DNA from: Eledone cirrhosa
Lineage: Eukaryota
Reading direction: 5' to 3'
Assembly (NCBI GenBank): GCA_964016885.1
Contig: OZ024740.1
Coordinates: forward strand, 394,630,001-394,694,000
Length of the DNA stretch: 64,000 nt
How positions within the stretch are numbered: the first letter of the stretch is position 1; every line of letters begins with the position of its first letter. Under the pieces are notes generated by a model, which saw only the letters and a list, made by a program, of their open reading frames with translations, did not search any database and had not been told where the DNA came from. Of the stretch, positions 26,030 to 40,237 are shown piece after piece. A program made the position numbers and the translations under genes.

Positions 26030-27437
26030 ACTTATTAGCTACAAGTAAAAATGGGGCTAGATGACTATGTGGGTCAAATATTCTGTTGGCGAAGGAATTA
26101 GCCCTTCGATGTTGACAGCTAATAGTTACTATCGTTAATCGGCTGAGGTCGTGATAGAGTTATGTAATATGCTTCGGTAAGACAGAGGTCACAAGAGTTT
26201 TTTCGTCCATTGAACGGTTGGGCCCCTAGCCAAGATATCCCATGTTAGTGAGTGTTCAATGTTGGTTAATTTAAGGTTTTTAATTAACCTAGCCAGAGAT
26301 GTCGAACATCTGTTGTTAGGGTCATGGAAGGAAAAAGAGTGCGCGTTATAGAGTACCTTAAAGGGGTTAGAGGTAGACCCGATATAGGAGTTGGTCTGCG
26401 AAGCAGTTTTAACCGTGCACCTATAAACTATATTGGGTGTCAGGCAATGTCCATTTAGTGGGCATGCATTAGGGTAACGGCAGTTGCAGTTACTTCTGCG
26501 GTTAGTGAGAGTAGGGTTGTTTAATCTAAGCGGTTGGTCAGTTCTAGAAGGATTAGATGGGGGAGGTGTGCTACTAGAGTGAGTATTGGTGTAGTGGCGT
26601 GGTATATTTGATGGGGGTGGTGGTACCGCGGTGTGGGAGTTATACTGTCTTAGTTTATGATGGTTACTGAATGCGATGTGGCTTGCTAGGTTAGGTGTTG
26701 TGGAAAATGAGATTTTATTGTTATTTTTATTAAAGAGTTTGTAATATCTATGGTTGGGGCGGGAGGATGTTTAGATAGGATAGAGAAGAAGCGTTTAGGG
26801 ATATTAGTGGCTAGATTAGATGATAATGGGGGGGGGGGGTTTAAACCAGGTGATATTTCTAGGCCTATTCCTTCTAGGGGTTCTAGTGGAGTTGGTAGGC
26901 GCCTTCATAGGGTTATTATTACCTGGGGATTTGTTATTTGTCATCCCATTGCTCATTCCTATTCTAGGGTTGATTTTTAGTTTGCGACTTGGAGTCGGAA
27001 GCAGGCCACTGCTACCATTAAGGTTCCTTGTATAAGTGCTGTTACTGCTAAAATTCCGGCGAGTCTGGATATATGCTAAGGTATTTCTTGTTCTAGTGTT
27101 AAATTTATTATGGTTGTGGTGAAGTGCATTTAGGTATGTAGTAAATGGACTGTTCATAACCAGATTCAGAAAGAGCCTTATTATAATATGCCGCATGGTT
27201 TATGAATATTTCCTCATTTACTGATAGCATGGAGATCCTATATGAGATAGATTTGATTACTGATCTGATGACTGCCGGTGGGTGGTTAGAGTGTGGGCTA
27301 ATATATGTAAGTATTTCACCTGGTTTATGATATGGGTAATATAGGTTATTGTTAAGATCCAGGGTAACATCTAGGAAGTTTACTACTTTATGGTTCGGCT
27401 CGATGGTGATAGAGAGACCGTTATTTTTAAAGAATCT
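26030..27437 (-). pseudogene. PLE RT C-terminus + CxCx5C linker + GIY-YIG endonuclease, frameshifted
   Basis: VNFLDVTLDL, SNHPPAVI, RNITWF.PP, CNCRYPNACPLNGHCLTPNIVYRCTV..SYIGST, CDLCLTE, CQHR. Confidence 0.9.
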
Positions 27438-27513
27438 ATAGTGAAATACCAATATATGGAACATTACATTCATGTAACATTCTTTCCTTATTTTAATTTA
27501 TATTCCTTTTGAA

Positions 27514-27632
27514 GTTCCGATGAGCTGCTCTATTTTTACCTATGTTAATTATTTTCAACTGAACCAGATCAGTAATGATCTATAATCATTTGATCCAGAA
27601 ATATTATATGGAGTAGCGAAACAATTGTAAAC
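27514..27632 (+). ncRNA. Hammerhead-like motif with CCGATGA core and ~80-nt stem II insertion (mirror about 25563-25682, minus strand)
   Basis: GTT-CCGATGA-GCTGCTC...GAGTAGC-GAAAC-AATT-GTA-AAC. Confidence 0.65.
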
Positions 27633-27769
27633 GGACATTATTATTATTCTCTACATTCCTTACATCAAACTAAAATATGTTGACAATCATTTAATAATGT
27701 CTTCCTTGTGAAATTTGTGGTCTTGTTTTGCTTAACTAATGAATATATATATATATATGCATACATATG

Positions 27770-27861
<92 letters not shown>

Positions 27862-27864
<3 letters not shown>

Positions 27865-28171
27865 GTGATAACAAAATATCGATTTAGGTAATCCATTTAG
27901 AGGTTTACGTAGATGGCGAGTTTATGATTTAACCTGTATTCCTATGTAAGTTTATCTTTGAGTAATAAAATTGAAAAAGTGAAGAATAACATGGTCAACA
28001 GTACAAAAAAGGGGAATTTATTTACAGTCTAACAATTGTTTCTCTGAGTTGTCCAAAATTTGCTTCTAGTGTGCAACAATTTTTAGACAACTCAATCAGA
28101 GAAACAATTGTTAGACTAAATAAATTCCCCTTTTTTGTACTGTTGACCATGTTATTCTTCACTTTTTCAAT

Positions 28172-28172
<1 letters not shown>
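27862..28172 (-). mobile_element. Short PLE-type fold-back (arms 27969-28056 / 28078-28172)
   Basis: Inverted arms contain GAAACAATTGTTA (3' half of a hammerhead). The right arm ends at (TA)n. Confidence 0.75.
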
Positions 28173-28238
<66 letters not shown>

Positions 28239-28694
28239 TATATATATATACGCATGTATATATATATGCATACGTACATACAGTTCATATACGTGTGTTT
28301 GTTTATGACTCTGTGTGTGAAGGAGAATGAGACTGTGAACCCTGTTGTCTGTGTTATGATAATCTAGAATTAATGGTAGTTACTTCAGTTCATCGAACGT
28401 TATTTTGGCTATAATATTGAATAATAATAATTCCAAAACTAACACCACACATAGGTTGTACAATGAGAAAAAAAATGTTGTAAAATGAAAAATAACCCAC
28501 ACTAATGCGACCAATCACCATCGACCTTTAATTCTGAACTTTGGTGTTTATAATGTGAAAACGAAAACAACGAAATCGATCATCTCTATTAAAAAAACAA
28601 ATCAGTTTTAAATTCAATTCAATATCATTCCAGGATCCGAGTCGCTAGTGTTGGTATTGTTGTTTAACCTCAAATCAACCCTGGTTGTATATAG

Positions 28695-28880
28695 ATATAT
28701 CATGATCATGATCATGATCATCATCATCATCATCATCATTATCTTCTTCTTCTTCTTCTTCTTCTTCTTCTTCTTCTTCTTCTTCTTCTTCGCCCACTTA
28801 TTCCTGAGAGGGTCCCGGGGAAGTGGATCTGCTAATATGCAAATCTGACTGATCAGCCAGATTTGCATCTTCGCCATCTA
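28695..28880 (-). mobile_element. 3' end of a LINE/SINE with stem-loop and (AAG)n(ATG)n tail
   Basis: Palindrome ATGCAAATCTG-ACTGATCAGC-CAGATTTGCAT, then (TTC)n and (ATC)n tracts on the plus strand. Confidence 0.5.
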
Positions 28881-28914
28881 CTTTGTTGTGCTGCCTCATA
28901 TCCTTCCAAGGTTC

Positions 28915-29340
28915 AAAATCGATATATACTTGCGAATTAGAATCTTTGGCAAAGCCTTTAATATAAGAGGCTTTAACAACAAGTCCAAAACATTTGGCAC
29001 TCTTGTTAGGGAGTTTCTGTATGCAGATGATGCAGATTTTGTGTTACACACTATAGAGTTGATATTGGGCATCCCCTCCAGTGTATGCATGTGTTTGGGT
29101 TAAGTGTTAGCATAAAAATGTCAAAGGTTATGTACACTCCACCAGTTAGAGAAATGTATGTGGAGCCAGAAATTTTCGCGAGAAAAATATAACCTCGTGT
29201 GTCCCGGATATACACTTAGTAGAAATGGTAGCCTCGATACTGAAATAGATCACAGGATTGCGAAAGCGAACCTTGCCTTCAGGAAGTTTGAGAGGTGAGT
29301 CTGGTCAGATCGGGGTAACGCGAGAAACACAAAGCTCTCT
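28915..29340 (+). pseudogene. RTE-clade (BovB-like) RT fragment
   Basis: GKAFNIRGF..KSKT..LVREFLYADDADFV, followed by a degenerate LSRNGSLDTEIDHRIAKANLAF region. Confidence 0.8.
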
Positions 29341-29682
29341 GTGCTAATATGCAAATCTGACTGATCAGCCAGTCTGCTAATATGCAAATCAGGCCGATCA
29401 GTCATTGTATATTTTAGAAAATAGCATATATTTTCACTAGCTCTGGCAGTTGGCAGGTGAACAGTGAGCTGTACTGATGAAGGGTGATACCCAGAAACAT
29501 TAGTGTCTGTAGTTCTGTTTACATGCCAACACAAGAGCAAGAATGAAGGGTTCATTCTACTGACATGGCTATAAAAATGAGGCTTGTTTGTATAATTGCA
29601 AACGAATCGAATGTTATTATTAATATTCGAAAAGCTCAGATTACGTTTATTGTATTCAGCCATGTAGAGCGAAATTTTCTTT

Positions 29683-29721
<39 letters not shown>

Positions 29722-30559
29722 ATGCTATATGCTTCCTGTTAATAATCTATGATAGATAGATAAATGTGTGTAGGTGTATATTCTTCTTATACCAATATCA
29801 CCTTTAAAACAGATCATGTGTTTCACATTTTTTAATGCATATTTAAATGTCAAACTGATATTACATGAATATTCCTATAATATTTCGGTAAAATTCGGTT
29901 TGATCCCCAAGGTGTATTAGAGAATATAAAACATTTGATCTGGTGTAAAATTGATATTAAAATAATCAGAATCCCTTTTTGAATAATGGACATCTCTTCA
30001 TTTTATTATAACTGTCAATTATATTGTGTATGTGTCTGCATGCGTGTGCATGTGTGTGTGCATGAAAATTATTTAGAATGTATATAAGACATGTTAAATT
30101 TATTTTAATACATATGGATATGTATGTGTGTATGTGAGTCCGAGAAGGTTGTTGATATCAGCTTTCCATTTTGTTAATTTTGTTACTGGAAATGTTTCCC
30201 AATATTGATTCTTTGGATTTGTTAGTGTCACATTTATGGCAGGGAACACTGTTCATACATTCCATGCCTTCTTTTAATTGCAGTTTCGTAGTAGCCTAGA
30301 GTTTCAATTTTACAGCAAGTGTAGGAAGCAGATTAAGAGCTGCTAAATAACTCAACTAAACTTCAAACCAAGTAGTGTTTTGGTTCCTGGGCAAAACTCT
30401 ACTCGTATATACAACATTGAAAATCACAGATAACATACGCTGGGTATCAAGACGTTATCCACGAAACCAATGTGTAACTTTGCTGTTGTTTAGTTCCAGT
30501 TCAACCCTAATCGGACAAACGTATGGTTAAATAAAATCCGACCATGAGCATCCCGACTT

Positions 30560-30591
<32 letters not shown>

Positions 30592-30661
30592 AATAGAGAT
30601 AGAATGTATGTGCATACTATAAGAAAATGCACACAATATAAATATCTTTATTTTTCATATG

Positions 30662-31088
30662 CTACGGATCACTAAGGACCGCACACCCAAGGTACTGTTA
30701 AAGAGTCAACTTCGAAATGGTGCACGTAATGTAGGCAGACCATTACTCAGATATAAACACAAACTGAAGTACAAACTTAAATCTGTGAATATAACTTTTA
30801 CTTCTTTTGAAACCCTAGCTGCTGATTGTTGAAAATGAAGCACTGTCTACTATGAAGTTACAAAGAACGTTGAAAAATCTCGTCTGGTCCGTCTTCGAGA
30901 TCTAAGATCTAACACCAAGATCCGATGAAACTTTCCATCCTGCTCTGCTCAAAATCTTGTCATCTGCACTAAATGCGACTTGATATGTAAATCAGCAGCT
31001 GGACTAAAGTGCCATTTAAGACATAATCAAAAAGAAATGAACGGGGAAGACTACCGAACCCTCATACGTCGATATACGACGGGAGATT
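30662..31088 (+). pseudogene. RTE-clade LINE 3' end with C-terminal zinc finger
   Basis: DRTPKVLL.SQLRNGARNVGRPLLRYK and CTKCDLICKSAAGLKCHLRH. Terminal hairpin CGTCG-ATATA-CGACG. Confidence 0.75.
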
Positions 31089-31090
31089 TT

Positions 31091-31278
31091 GGATTGGCAG
31101 TATCGGTAGAGGGTCGGACGCCATGCTTTCCAGCATAGTTACGTCCCTTTACGATCTGAGTTCAAATCCCGCAGAGGTTGACTTTGCCTTTCATCCTTAC
31201 GGGGTCGATAAAATAAAGTACCAGTAATGCACTGGCTAATTGCTGGCCTTGTGCCTAAAGTAGAAACAATTATTATTA
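31091..31278 (+). mobile_element. SINE family 1
   Basis: Reverse complement of the 16560-16745 consensus. Confidence 0.85.
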
Positions 31279-31604
31279 TATATATTCAGGTGTAATGATA
31301 TTCATATAGGACGTATCCTTTTTATAAAAAATACAGTAGTAAGAGATTTGACAACGCTTCCGAATAGATCGAGTGGCTCATTCGATAACTCCTATAGCAT
31401 TGAAACTTCTTCGGTAAGGAATCGAGGTCTTGCCTGATACGTTACGACAGGTCCCATCAACTAAAATATTACTAGGTATTGTAAATTTGAGTTGTGGGCT
31501 TCAGGGCAATTCTGTTTATTGCAAAGTAACAGTTATATTATTTCAATATCAGCCAAGAAGCTGATATTGAAATAGCTCAGTTACTTGAAATATAAATATG
31601 AAAA

Positions 31605-31955
31605 CCAGGAAAAATATATGATCCTTGAACATGGACATTAACAGAAGTATCATCAAATAGATTAGAAGTCTTTGAGATTTGGAGAACATCATAGTCAGAA
31701 TACCCAGCCGATGATGGAATACGAAGAATGGAAAAAAACTAAGAATTAATAGAAAGAAAAATGAATTAGGTGACGAAAAAGAGAAAAACCTAAATTACTT
31801 AGATGGACATATCAGGAATACGACAGACTCAATATACTCTGAATGTGTAAAGAGAGCACAACAATGATCGACATGGCAATCGATGGTATTCAACTTCCTG
31901 AGAAGGACCATACTTGGTGATAGTGATGTTATAATTATGATGATGATGATGATAA
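31605..31955 (+). pseudogene. Degenerate RTE LINE 3' fragment with (GAT)n tail
   Basis: TWTLTEVSSNRLEVFEIW motif. Ends in TGATGATGAT. Confidence 0.55.
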
Positions 31956-32400
31956 TAATAGTGGTGAAATCTAGCTATACACGGTACAGGAGCCATTATG
32001 GTGTAGTGGAAAACAGCATTGAACTATATGTGTTATGATGTTTGAAAAATAAAAAGGATCACGTGAAAGCTGTAAACAAAATGACAAACCAAGCTGAGAA
32101 GCAATAGAAATTCAAATCAGATTCCTCGCCAGCATTAGTAACACAGATTATCATATAGAAAGCGTTTTTAATACTATATAATTGCTATTCAGTACGCATG
32201 CGTATGTAGCGCGCACATGAAAAATCACATCCAAGTACTCATTTACAGAGACACATTTTCTCTCTCTCTTTTTACACATAGGGACACATAAAGATACGTT
32301 TCACACACGAGTAAAGAGATGTGCACGCGCTTTCATATATATATGTGTGTATGAGAGAGAGAGAGAGAGACAGAGTGTGTGTGTATGTGTGTGTGTATGT

Positions 32401-32457
<57 letters not shown>

Positions 32458-32869
32458 CGTGTGTGTGTGTGTATGTGCGTGTGTATAAATGTATATGTTT
32501 GTATACAATATACATACACATATAAGCACGCACGTACACAGATACAAACACGCATAAATGAACATCAATTAACCAATGCACACAATTTACACTTTCACAC
32601 ACGTACACACACGCATATATATATATACACTCATGAGCAAATTCACTCAATCCTTCATTCATGTATGTCGAGTTCTCTCAGTCAGTCTCTCTCCCTCCCT
32701 TGGCTTCTTTCTCTCTTTCTCTCACTTCTGCTATTCTTTCTGACTACCTTTTACTCTATCTTTCTGGCATTTCCTAATACCTTTTGCTTTCGTTTCCCTT
32801 CTCTATAAACCTCTTCCCCTATCTCATTGCATATTCCCCTCCCTGTCTTTCTCACACACTATATGTACA

Positions 32870-32971
<102 letters not shown>

Positions 32972-33419
32972 TCACTTCCTTTTCGTGCACCTGCATACGC
33001 TGTAACATATTACATTTTGTTGAGCATCTCGTCCAACAGTTCTATAAATTACCTTTCATTCATCTGCACACTTCCCACTTTTTCAGGTGTCTGCTTTCCA
33101 CACCATTCCAAAGTCTGAAGAATCTTTCAATAAAATAATATGGATATACGTCACCATTAAAACTTAGAACCGCCTCCCATACAGAAAATCAAAAACAACA
33201 AAACTAACGAACAAACAGGGCAATGTCGAAATGGCATGTTATCTAAAGAACTGCTTATTGTTACTTTCATATTCAAAGGTGAGGAAATGAGTTCAATATC
33301 AGTGCACAGATTACAGAGTAACTTTCATAAAATGTGTTATGAAAATCTAAATATTTTATCACTCGTATCAAGTGTCTTTCAAATATACCAAATTATACGT
33401 AATTTCTGTGGGCCTGCCT

Positions 33420-35203
<1,784 letters not shown>

Positions 35204-35266
35204 CTAAAGACATTTTTTCCAATATCATCCCACCCGTCCACTTAATCTATTTTATTTCTCATTCTT

Positions 35267-35302
35267 TCTTCTGATGAAGGACTAGCGTTCGAAACGTTAA
35301 GA
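35267..35302 (+). ncRNA. Minimal hammerhead motif in a ~140-bp repeat (35201-35345)
   Basis: TCTT-CTGATGA-AGGAC(TAGC)GTTC-GAAACGTT-AAGA. Palindromic AACGTT stem III. Second copy at 59256-59291 (-). Confidence 0.75.
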
Positions 35303-35374
35303 CCTTCTTCCTGCTATATCAAGCGCTAGCCTAATATATACCTTCTATATATATATATATACATATATATATAT

Positions 35375-35438
<64 letters not shown>

Positions 35439-35439
35439 C

Positions 35440-35472
<33 letters not shown>

Positions 35473-35578
35473 TTCAAACTTAACTCCGTTTAATTGATTA
35501 TTTATTTAGTTATTTCGTTAATTTCTCCGGACTAAGAAGAACTTTAGGTAAATTTTATCTGCCAGTTCTACAAACTTA

Positions 35579-35689
<111 letters not shown>

Positions 35690-36532
35690 ATATATACAGT
35701 ACACATAACGAGACATAATTACAGTTTAGTGTAATTCGTTTTCTCAAAACTTTCTCAAGAATACATAGTTTGTAATAATTGTTTCTTCTTTTGGTACAAG
35801 GCCAGCAATTACCCAGTTTGAAATAATATTTTGCAGATATACGTTTTCAAAAGACTTCAATACGAACATAACATAATAGAATTTCTACAACTATGAATTT
35901 GTGAAATAGATTGTTATTAAGTAAACCAATATACCGAATCTACCATGCGTCCTGGAGGCCTAAGATTGTTTATTATTTTTTTTTTTCAAATTTTTTGGTT
36001 GTCAAAATTAGGTTGCGTCCTCGAGGACGAAGCGTCTTCGGTGCCGGGAAATGCGGTAATTGTCATTTAAACTTGCACTTAAACACCCATCGATATTTAA
36101 AGACAATTTGTTTTCAATAGGATTTTTTCTGTATAGGTTTTTCTATGAATTGTTCCTATATATATGTTATATATGTGGTTACGAATAAGGGTCTAGAACA
36201 AATTAATTTCATTAACAAATAGTCCACGTTATTAGTGAGGATGTTTATGAGTGGGATGGATATGTGGGAGGGGGCTTTTAAGGGGGCGGCGCATTAATAG
36301 AAAAGAGAAAAAAGACGGAAAGTATAAAACACGTAAAAGGAAATACAGTAGAAATGAAAAGGAAGATATTGTCAAGGGGGTAGTAAAAGACTCACCCCTT
36401 AGCTATGATAAAGTGTATTTAACTATTTCGGTAATAAGTGCTCCTTCTCACATCCATCAATATCACACGGTTATATATATACATATGTATTTGTATATAT
36501 GTATTTATACCCGTGTGATATTGATGGATATT

Positions 36533-36593
<61 letters not shown>

Positions 36594-37291
36594 GTGTGTA
36601 TGTGTGTACGTGTGTGTGTGTAAATATATATAAATATATGTGCTTGAGTGTGTATGTATATATATATATATATATACATTCATACACTCGCTTGTATCAG
36701 CCACCATGGTGGACATTTCTATTTCTTTATTCTAGTTCGATTTATTTATTTATTGTTTCCAACCCTATCTTTCTTTCTTTAACGGCTTATAGCAATTTTC
36801 TTTTCAGCTTTGAATCAACACCACTGTGTTACCTAATTATGGACATGTCTGGCTTACCTCCTCTTTGATGTGAAGTCACGTGTCAGTGAAAGTCGAGCTT
36901 CAATACTCGCTGGTGTCAGCCAGTGTAGTGTACTAGCTAGCGAACAGATCTTTCCATTGCAAGGAGGCTAAATCCTGTTGATGAAGAAATCCCCTGCCAG
37001 ATTACGTAATGCCTCATAACATTAACTAATTTCTGCGAATAGCGGCTCCAGTCAGATTACCGTTAGCATATTGGAAACGTGGAAAGTAATTCTTTAGTCC
37101 CGCAACGGTCCGGGACAATAGAAAATTCAAATTCTTACCCACGCGAAGTCGCTTTTCTCAGTTTTTAACGCAAGTGTCCACTCTAGCTGTAGAGTCTGTA
37201 TCTTTAAAAATACAAACTTATTTAAACTATTGAATGAGTGAGAAAACGACCGAAGCCATGTCAATTACATTTGACTAGCTTCCTTCATTAG

Positions 37292-37330
<39 letters not shown>

Positions 37331-37439
37331 CTTGACCGACCAGTCTGTCGGGTGCTATTCGGCGTCACTGGTCACAGCACGTGGTGTTTTAGCCATACGA
37401 TGACACCATCCCACTGGCTGGGCGGGCAGGCCGTAAGTC

Positions 37440-37719
37440 TAAAGTCTGCCTTAAGCCAGAAGGCTCATTTGGCCGATGCTTTTCCCGGTTTCATGGCGTG
37501 AAGCGACTGAGAGTACAAGACTCCCCCCTGGACAGGACGCCAGTCTATCGCAGGGTTAAACTTCCAGCTATTGCTGGTACTCATTTTCAGCTGAGTAAAC
37601 TGGAGCAACGTGAAATAAAGTGTCTTGTTCAAGGAAACAACACATCACCCGGTCCGAGAATTGAACTCACAACCTTTCGATTACAAGCCTACTGCTCTAA
37701 CCACTAAGCCACGCGCCTT

Positions 37720-37720
<1 letters not shown>
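37440..37720 (-). mobile_element. tRNA-derived SINE (family 2)
   Basis: Minus strand: GGCGCGTGGCTTAGTGGTTAGAGC...GAGTTCAATTCTC, then TCCTTGAACAAGACACTT..ACTCAGCTGAAAATGAGTACC core. Confidence 0.8.
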
Positions 37721-37767
<47 letters not shown>

Positions 37768-37769
<2 letters not shown>

Positions 37770-37932
37770 GGAGCCCCTACATGGACACACTGGAAGTGGT
37801 AGACCAAGGTTAACGTATGTTGATGCCCTAACGACAGACACTGGTCTGTTGGAGACGCAAGACATGGCAGCGATAATGAGGGACAGTGACCGCTGGAGAG
37901 AACTCGTCCATGGATCTCGGGAATTTTATCCG

Positions 37933-37935
<3 letters not shown>
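37768..37935 (+). pseudogene. RTE-type LINE extreme 3' coding fragment
   Basis: WEPLHGHTGSGRPRLTYVDAL..MRDSDRWRELV, bounded by microsatellites. Confidence 0.7.
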
Positions 37936-38023
<88 letters not shown>

Positions 38024-38028
<5 letters not shown>

Positions 38029-38200
38029 AGTTATTCCGGGTTGAATCGGAGGTAACCACAGTAAGTAAGGTACTCAATACAGAGCAGAGTATAAAAGTTT
38101 TAATATAGATGAGATTCTACAGGACTAGAACTGTTTCATTCTTTAGAAATCATCAGATGATTTCTAAAGAATGAAACAGTTCTAGTCCTGTAGAATCTCA

Positions 38201-38203
<3 letters not shown>
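38024..38203 (-). mobile_element. Short PLE-type fold-back: perfect 48-bp palindrome (38107-38203) plus tail
   Basis: Axis at 38155. Minus strand reads CTGATGA-TTTC(TAAA)GAAT-GAAAC-AGTTCTA-GTC. A tail fragment recurs at 25056-25081. Confidence 0.8.
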
Positions 38204-38262
<59 letters not shown>

Positions 38263-38263
<1 letters not shown>

Positions 38264-38358
38264 ATTTCTGACAACAGTAGCAGATGACCTTACGAAAATA
38301 ATATATATATATATATATATTATTTTCGTAAGGTCATCTGCTACTGTTGTCAGAAATT
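38263..38358. repeat. Perfect palindrome centred on (TA)n
   Basis: AATTTCTGACAACAGTAGCAGATGACCTTACGAAAATAA-(TA)n-reverse complement. Confidence 0.9.
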
Positions 38359-38657
38359 TCTATTGCTATGATGCCAGTTGACCTGTAATAGACGTTCGGA
38401 TAAACTCTTACGCTGGACTTGGGCTGGAAACCCGCTGATGAACCGTTGCATACCACTATTTATGTAACCTTTAGCAATATTGCATGAATTATGTAAATAA
38501 GATTTGCTGATGCAAATATTACGTACAGAATGCCACACAGAAACTACCCGCAGTCCGGATTTATTTAGTGTACGGATACCATACTATTACCTACACATTT
38601 ATTTACTAATTAAGAAAATGTGTGCACTCTGAATTATAAGTTGGTATTTATAACATA

Positions 38658-38773
<116 letters not shown>

Positions 38774-38793
38774 GTGTGTGTGTGTGTGTGTGC

Positions 38794-38836
<43 letters not shown>

Positions 38837-39164
38837 CGCGCGCGTGTGCGTGCGTGTGAGTGTGTGTATGTATATAGGAAACAGCTAAGGCTTGAAGTGA
38901 AAAAAATTATTTCTCCTGAAATCATATTTGAACAAAATGGAAAGAAAGAAAAGAAGTAAGGAAGGAATACCGAACCTATTACCATAAAAGTATAAATAAT
39001 CAGATTTGTTTAATGTTGCGATTAAAACGGTTACTATGTAGATAAATCAATGAAATGTAAAAATACAAACTTTCGATTACAGTTTTAATAATCAATACAA
39101 TTATCTCGTAGAACCATATGTTCGTGGGGAAAAGTAATTCTTTACACATTTAAATCATATATTT

Positions 39165-39548
39165 CGTTGCTGGTGTTCTTGCCTTGTGGGCTCGATAAAA
39201 TAAAGTACCAGTGATACACTGGCGTCGATTTAATCGACTTTTCCCTTTCCTTTAAATTGCTGGTCTTGTACCAAATATAGGAACAATCATTGGTGCGTTT
39301 GTTGTTATTGTGGTTAGTCTTGTTATTATTATGGTTGTTCTTAGGGCGGTGTATTGGAGGTATCGGTAGAGCGTCAACAAGTTGCGGCCCTTTAGTTCTG
39401 ATTTCAAATCCCGCCGAGGTTAGCTTTTCCTTTCGTCCTTGCGAGGTCAATAAAATAAAGTACCAGTAACGCACTGGGACTCAGTTTAGTCAACTTTCCC
39501 TTTCCCTTCAAATTGCTGGCCTTGTGTCAAATGTAGAAACAATTATTA
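39165..39548 (+). mobile_element. SINE family 1: partial copy (39165-39282) and full copy (39345-39548)
   Basis: GATAAAATAAAGTACCAGT..TTGCTGGCCTTGTG core, A/B-box head. Confidence 0.75.
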
Positions 39549-40171
39549 TGGTTGTTCTTATGGTTTCCCTTGTTATTTGTTGCTGTTGTTGTTTGTTGTT
39601 GGTGTTGATGTTTAGCACTAGATTTGAGATACCCTAACCCTAACCCTAACCCTGTTTAAGCAGTCCTATTATCTTATTTGTTTTCAGACACAGTGTATGT
39701 ATGATTTCATTTTCCAATATGTCAGTCCTTCCTTTTCTTAAGTGGTGTGGTGTAGTTTGAAGGAGGCCCGACTGTTATTTCTGTCAGGTCAAATGAGTAA
39801 CTAAAAGTTATTCGTTCCGAAGGTTTATAAAATCATTTCTTTTAACGTCCAGATATTGTTATTGTTTTTGTTGTCATCCTCTTGTATAATGAGTGTTTCT
39901 TTCATTTGCTAATTATTGGTTAATCATTGTTAATCACTGTAGTGTAATTTAGTATGAAGTTGTAGAGAAATAGCAAGAATTGTGTAATGTTGGTGTAGTT
40001 CTTGTTTGATTTTGCGTCAACTCCGGCACAGCAAACATATATAAGCATTCCAATTATGACCTTCCTCTCTGTTTAGAGAAATGGTGACGGAATCGCAATA
40101 TCGTTAGAGCATCGGGAAGAATGTTTCTAACTCTTTTGCGTTCAAATGCCGCCGGGGTCAATTTTGCTTGG

Positions 40172-40237
<66 letters not shown>

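Larger units (their letters stand above)
25251..27745 (-). mobile_element. 5'-truncated Penelope-like element (Naiad-like) with inverted pLTRs, between (TA)n tracts
   Basis: Arms 25434-25757 and 27438-27745 are inverted. RT thumb and GIY-YIG remnants lie between them. Confidence 0.92.

Noticed and set aside
26150-26500. In-frame TGA as selenocysteine in the Naiad-like endonuclease
   Set aside because: The apparent TGA near 26178 is out of frame after a frameshift. The proper frame reads SCDLCLTE with TGT codons.
39631-39653. (CCCTAA)~4 telomere-like tract
   Set aside because: Very short, and it lies in a dispersed repeat whose relative near 30490 has a single AACCCTAA. Local slippage is sufficient.
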